Shown piece after piece: positions 7,847 to 11,597 of a stretch of 11,597 nucleotides of DNA. Below the pieces are notes generated by a model. The model was not told the origin of the DNA. It saw only the letters and a program-made list of their open reading frames with translations, and searched no databases. The stretch spans positions 1 through 11,597 of the forward strand of contig CAZHRF010000066.1 of NCBI GenBank assembly GCA_964534625.1, read 5' to 3'. This stretch comes from an uncultured archaeon. GTDB taxonomy: Archaea; Asgardarchaeota; Heimdallarchaeia; Heimdallarchaeales; Heimdallarchaeaceae. A program made the position numbers and the translations under genes. Position 1 is the first letter of the stretch, and each line of letters starts with the position of its first letter.

Positions 7847-8237
7847 AATTGAAGAGGAAGAAAAAGCCTTTATTGAAAAAATAGAAAAAATCTCCGGACA
7901 AAACATTTACAGCTGCTATCAATGCGGTAAATGTAGTGCAGGGTGTGCTTTCAGTCATAAGATGGATAAGACAGTGAACCAGATCATCCACTATATTCAG
8001 ATGGGACAAAAAGAAAAAGTGCTCAATGCTAATACAATGTGGGTTTGTGCAAGTTGTTTGACTTGTACAGTTCGTTGTCCTAGAAATGTTGATGTAGCTG
8101 CACTAATGGAAGCAATAAGGGAGACTATCTTACGAGATAATCCAGAAAAAGTTAAAATTGCTGATATTCCGGATGAAGTATTAGACAAATTACCTAATAT
8201 TGCTTTGGTAGGTAATTTTAGGAAAATGACGGAGTGA
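7830..8237 (+). CDS. hdrC: Heterodisulfide reductase subunit C (2x[4Fe-4S], short form)
   Basis: ISGQNIYSCYQCGKCSAGC and WVCASCLTCTVRCPRNVD; SD AGGAGA at 7815-7820; directly precedes hdrB. Confidence 0.92.
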   Translation: MSEYIKIEEEEKAFIEKIEKISGQNIYSCYQCGKCSAGCAFSHKMDKTVNQIIHYIQMGQKEKVLNANTMWVCASCLTCTVRCPRNVDVAALMEAIRETILRDNPEKVKIADIPDEVLDKLPNIALVGNFRKMTE

Positions 8238-8241
8238 TAAC

Positions 8242-9135
8242 ATGGCAAAATATGCTTATTTTCCAGGATGCAACTTAAAATCAGATGCTAAAGGATTTGA
8301 AGATTCTGCACTTGCTGTATCTAAAACGTTAGGTGGAGAGTTAGTTGAATTGGAAAAATGGAACTGTTGTGGTACAGTTCATACGATGACAGAAGATAAC
8401 CTAATGAAAAGAATAGCCCCAGTAAGAATTCTTGGGAGAACTAAAAACCATATCGAGAAGACAAAAATTAGCCCTGGAAAAGTGGTAACATTATGTTCAA
8501 TGTGTAATAGCACGTTAAAAGTGGTTAACACACAAATGAAAGAAGATGAAGATAAACTCGATACAATCAATTATATGTTGGAAGAAGATCAAGAAGAATA
8601 TGACGGAACTATAGACGTTAAACATTATCTGGAAATTTTACGAGACGAGATAGGTTTTAATAAAATAAAAGCAAAGGTAAAGAAACCTTTGAAAGGATTG
8701 AAAATTTCTCCTTATTATGGGTGTATGCTATTACATCCCGATGAAGCACAGATTGATGACCAAGAAAAACCTTCTGTGCTCGAAAATACAATAGCTAGTT
8801 TAGGGGGAGAAGTTATTCGTTCACCTTATTTCAAATATTGTTGTGGGAGCTATCATGTGTTGGATCAAGAAGACACGGTTAAAGGACAAGTAGAAAGAAT
8901 AGTTGGTGCTGCAAAAAAACGTGGTGCCAATGCAATTGCTGTAGCTTGTCCGCTTTGTGCATTTAATCTAGATAAGAAACAAACCCATATGCTCAAAGGA
9001 GATAATGAAGGGCTTCCAATATTTTACTTTACTCAATTAATGGCAATTGCGTTAGGGGAAAAAGAAGATGTAAATCATTTTGATGATCATGCAATAGATC
9101 CCCGTATTTTACTTAAAAAATTAGGATTAATGTGA
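8242..9135 (+). CDS. hdrB: Heterodisulfide reductase subunit B (two CCG domains)
   Basis: Two complete five-Cys sets: YFPGC...NCCG...LCSMC and YYGC...YCCG...ACPLC; LPIFYFTQLM; SD GGAGTGA at 8231-8237. Confidence 0.93.
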   Translation: MAKYAYFPGCNLKSDAKGFEDSALAVSKTLGGELVELEKWNCCGTVHTMTEDNLMKRIAPVRILGRTKNHIEKTKISPGKVVTLCSMCNSTLKVVNTQMKEDEDKLDTINYMLEEDQEEYDGTIDVKHYLEILRDEIGFNKIKAKVKKPLKGLKISPYYGCMLLHPDEAQIDDQEKPSVLENTIASLGGEVIRSPYFKYCCGSYHVLDQEDTVKGQVERIVGAAKKRGANAIAVACPLCAFNLDKKQTHMLKGDNEGLPIFYFTQLMAIALGEKEDVNHFDDHAIDPRILLKKLGLM

Positions 9136-9140
9136 TAAAT

Positions 9141-9863
9141 ATGGCTAAAGCAAAAGGACAACAATCAAACTCAAATGAGAATGAAACAGTGACCATATAT
9201 GTAATGGGTCAAGGATATGAAGTTCCAGCCACACTAACAATAATGAAGGCTATGGAGTATTCAGGGTATAAATTTACCAGAGGTTCAGGATGTAGAGCAG
9301 GTTTCTGCGGTGCGTGTAGTACAGTATACCGGAAAAAGAATGATTTTCGGTTATATACGGCACTAGCATGTCAAACACTTGTAGAAGATGGAATGGTGCT
9401 TACCCAACTACCTTTTGTACCTGCAAGTAAAGCGAACTACGATATAGATCAGCTAAATCCTTCAGCTAGCACAATATTGAGACATTATCCAGAAGTAGCG
9501 CGATGTCTCAGCTGTAATGCATGTAGTAGAGTTTGCCCCCAAAATATCTCAGTTATGGATTATATTCAATATGCGCTTCAAGGTGAAATAGAAAAATGTG
9601 CTATAGAAAGCTTTGACTGTATTCAATGTGGATTATGTGCAATACGATGCCCTGCAGAGATACCTCAATATCATGTGGCACAGCTAGCTAGACGCTTACA
9701 TGGAAAACATATAATGAAAACACCAGAATATCTTGATAAAAGAATCAAAGAGATAGAAGAAGAAAAATACGATGAAGAATTTGACGAGTTAATGTCAATG
9801 CCATTGGATAAATTGAAGAAACGTTATACAAGTCGTGATAAAGAGTCGAATAAAAAGAAGTGA
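9141..9863 (+). CDS. Fumarate reductase/succinate dehydrogenase iron-sulfur subunit-like ([2Fe-2S] + 2x[4Fe-4S])
   Basis: GCRAGFCGAC...ALACQT ([2Fe-2S]), CLSCNACSRVCP and CIQCGLCAIRCP. Start ATG 9141 (alternative GTG 9132 overlapping the hdrB stop). Confidence 0.85.
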   Translation: MAKAKGQQSNSNENETVTIYVMGQGYEVPATLTIMKAMEYSGYKFTRGSGCRAGFCGACSTVYRKKNDFRLYTALACQTLVEDGMVLTQLPFVPASKANYDIDQLNPSASTILRHYPEVARCLSCNACSRVCPQNISVMDYIQYALQGEIEKCAIESFDCIQCGLCAIRCPAEIPQYHVAQLARRLHGKHIMKTPEYLDKRIKEIEEEKYDEEFDELMSMPLDKLKKRYTSRDKESNKKK

Positions 9864-9868
9864 TGATA

Positions 9869-11527
9869 ATGAGTTTAATTGATGGATATACAGAAGAAAT
9901 GAGAAAATCTATCGAAAAGGTAGAAAAAACAAGAAGTAAAAGAAGAAATGAAGTGGTTGAACATCTGTCATTGGAAGAAAGAGATGAGGTACTAAAAAAC
10001 TACCATCCTGATTTTAATCCTAAATTAAAACGAGAAATTTCTTATGGTCCTAACAAAGGAGACAAAGTACCATTAGAAGTTGCTGATGTTCTCGAAGCGT
10101 ATCCCGTTATTAATCCCGATGATATTGACCTCTCAGTAATAGATTATGATGTAGGAATACTAATTATTGGTGCTGGAGGTGCAGGAACTTCTGCTGCCTT
10201 ATGGGCTTTATATTCTGGAGTACCAAAAGAAGATATTCTTGTGTCTAGCAAACTTAGACATGGAGATTGTAATAGTGTTATGGCTCAAGGAGGAATACAA
10301 GCAGCAGATAGACCAGTAGATTCACCGGCTATACACTACATGGATGCTCTAGGTGGAGGACACTTTACAAATGATCCCGAACTCGTAAAGGCACTTGTTG
10401 AAGATGCACCGAAAATAATCAAATGGCATAAAGAACTCGGAGTTCAATATGATCTTAATCCAGACGGTTCATTTATTGAAAACCCGGGTGGTGGAACAAG
10501 CAGAAATAGAATGCATTGCGCTAAAGACTATACTGGTTTGGAGATCTTACGTACAGTTAGAGATGAATTCGTTAATCAAGAGATACCTATATTAGAATTC
10601 TGTCCAGCCATTGAATTACTAACAAACAAATCTGGAAGCGTAGCAGGAGCAATCTTATATAATCTAGAAACGAAACAATACTTTGTAGTAAGGGCAAACA
10701 CAGTCATTCTTGCAACTGGTGGATTTGGAAGATTACATGTCGCAGGATTTCCAACAACTAATCATTATGGAGCAACAATGGATGGAGTAGTTATGGCTTA
10801 TCGAGCCGGTGCAAAACTTGCTCATTTAGACTCGAATCAGTTCCATCCAACAGGAGCAGCTTTTCCTGAACAAATTGTAGGGCTGTTAATTACTGAAAAA
10901 GTAAGAAGTTTAGGGGGTCAAGTATTAGACTCAAATGGGGAACAAATTTGTTATCCTCTAGAACCAAGAGACATAGAAGCAGCTTCGATAATTAAAAATT
11001 GTACATCAACAGATAATTACATAGAAACACCAACAGGAACAAGAGGAGTGTGGCTAGATTCACCTTTGATAGAAGAGATAAAAGGAAAAGGGACAATAAA
11101 GAAAAATTTGGCTGCAATGGATAGAATGTTCCAAAGATTTGACATAGATATAACAAAAGATCCTATATTGGTGTATCCAACTCTACATTACCAGAATGGA
11201 GGAGTAGTACTGGATAAGGATGGGCATAGTACTGTGCCTAGATTACTCATAGCAGGAGAAGTATCTGGCGGTGTGCATGGTAAGAACCGTTTGATGGGTA
11301 ATTCACTCCTAGAAATTAATGTTTTTGGAAGAAGAGCAGGAATTACAGCTGCAAACGAATATAAAACAGGTAGATTGGGAAAACTATCATTAGACCATGT
11401 GAAAAATACAACAGAAAAACTCCAAGAACTAAAAATACCTAGAAAAAGATTTTCACCCATGCTATTACCAGAATATAGAAGAGATAGTCAAAGAGAAAGA
11501 CTTGTAAAATTGTATGAAAGTCTTTAA
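9869..11527 (+). CDS. Fumarate reductase/succinate dehydrogenase flavoprotein-like (SdhA/FrdA/TfrA/NadB superfamily)
   Basis: ILIIGAGGAG, SVMAQGGI, VILATGG, QFHPT, LITE, PRD, PTLHYQNGG, AGEVSGGVHGKNRLMGNSL. Start uncertain (9860 GTG, 9863 or 9869 ATG). Confidence 0.9.
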   Translation: MSLIDGYTEEMRKSIEKVEKTRSKRRNEVVEHLSLEERDEVLKNYHPDFNPKLKREISYGPNKGDKVPLEVADVLEAYPVINPDDIDLSVIDYDVGILIIGAGGAGTSAALWALYSGVPKEDILVSSKLRHGDCNSVMAQGGIQAADRPVDSPAIHYMDALGGGHFTNDPELVKALVEDAPKIIKWHKELGVQYDLNPDGSFIENPGGGTSRNRMHCAKDYTGLEILRTVRDEFVNQEIPILEFCPAIELLTNKSGSVAGAILYNLETKQYFVVRANTVILATGGFGRLHVAGFPTTNHYGATMDGVVMAYRAGAKLAHLDSNQFHPTGAAFPEQIVGLLITEKVRSLGGQVLDSNGEQICYPLEPRDIEAASIIKNCTSTDNYIETPTGTRGVWLDSPLIEEIKGKGTIKKNLAAMDRMFQRFDIDITKDPILVYPTLHYQNGGVVLDKDGHSTVPRLLIAGEVSGGVHGKNRLMGNSLLEINVFGRRAGITAANEYKTGRLGKLSLDHVKNTTEKLQELKIPRKRFSPMLLPEYRRDSQRERLVKLYESL

Positions 11528-11570
11528 TAGTCTATTTCCTTATTCTTTTAACTTTTTTTCATATTTCCGT
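11528..11570 (+). terminator. Probable T-tract terminator of the hdr-mvh-frd operon
   Basis: Pyrimidine-rich run with T7 (11553-11559) right after the stop; no GC hairpin. Confidence 0.55.
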
Positions 11571-11597
11571 AAACACTTTCTAACAACGAGAGTCTCC

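Noticed and set aside
2820-9135. Evidence for methanogenesis
   Set aside because: Mvh-Hdr is widespread in non-methanogens; no mcr/mtr genes in the window and HdrB lacks the methanogen HYGCH signature.
2805-9863. Selenocysteine recoding in HdrA, MvhD or MvhA
   Set aside because: The Sec-prone positions present (MvhD Cys motifs, MvhA DPCxxC) are Cys codons, and the TGA codons at 7347, 8235, 9133 and 9861 fall at natural protein ends.
445-11460. Fourteen short minus-strand ORFs in the track (60-170 aa)
   Set aside because: All lie antisense to well-supported + strand genes, lack recognisable motifs and look like shadow ORFs.
1-11597. Mobile elements, CRISPR arrays, rRNA, long repeats
   Set aside because: None seen; the window is almost entirely metabolic coding sequence.

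Overview
AT-rich prokaryotic window, probably archaeal (inferred from GGAGGT/GAGGT/GGAGTGA ribosome-binding sites, T-tract terminators and gene content; taxon not determinable from sequence alone). All credible genes are on the + strand, in two units. Unit 1 (to 2450) holds the tail of an upstream gene, a tungsten aldehyde:ferredoxin oxidoreductase (AOR)-family gene with several eroded pterin-contact motifs, and its 4x[4Fe-4S] partner. Unit 2 (about 2820-11527) is a tightly coupled 9-gene redox operon: chimeric hdrA' - mvhD - mvhG - mvhA (group 3c [NiFe] hydrogenase) - maturation protease - hdrC - hdrB - frdB/sdhB-like - frdA/sdhA-like, with no membrane anchor. Two things stand out. First, a Mvh-Hdr complex is co-encoded with a soluble fumarate-reductase-like pair, a candidate cytoplasmic H2-to-fumarate (or other dicarboxylate) reduction system. 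Second, its HdrA lacks the N-terminal half, including the GxGxxG FAD-binding motif, and carries an FwdF-like polyferredoxin fragment fused in frame. This could be a flavin-less adaptor, a recent deletion or an assembly chimera. All family assignments are motif recognition by eye; no database searches were run.
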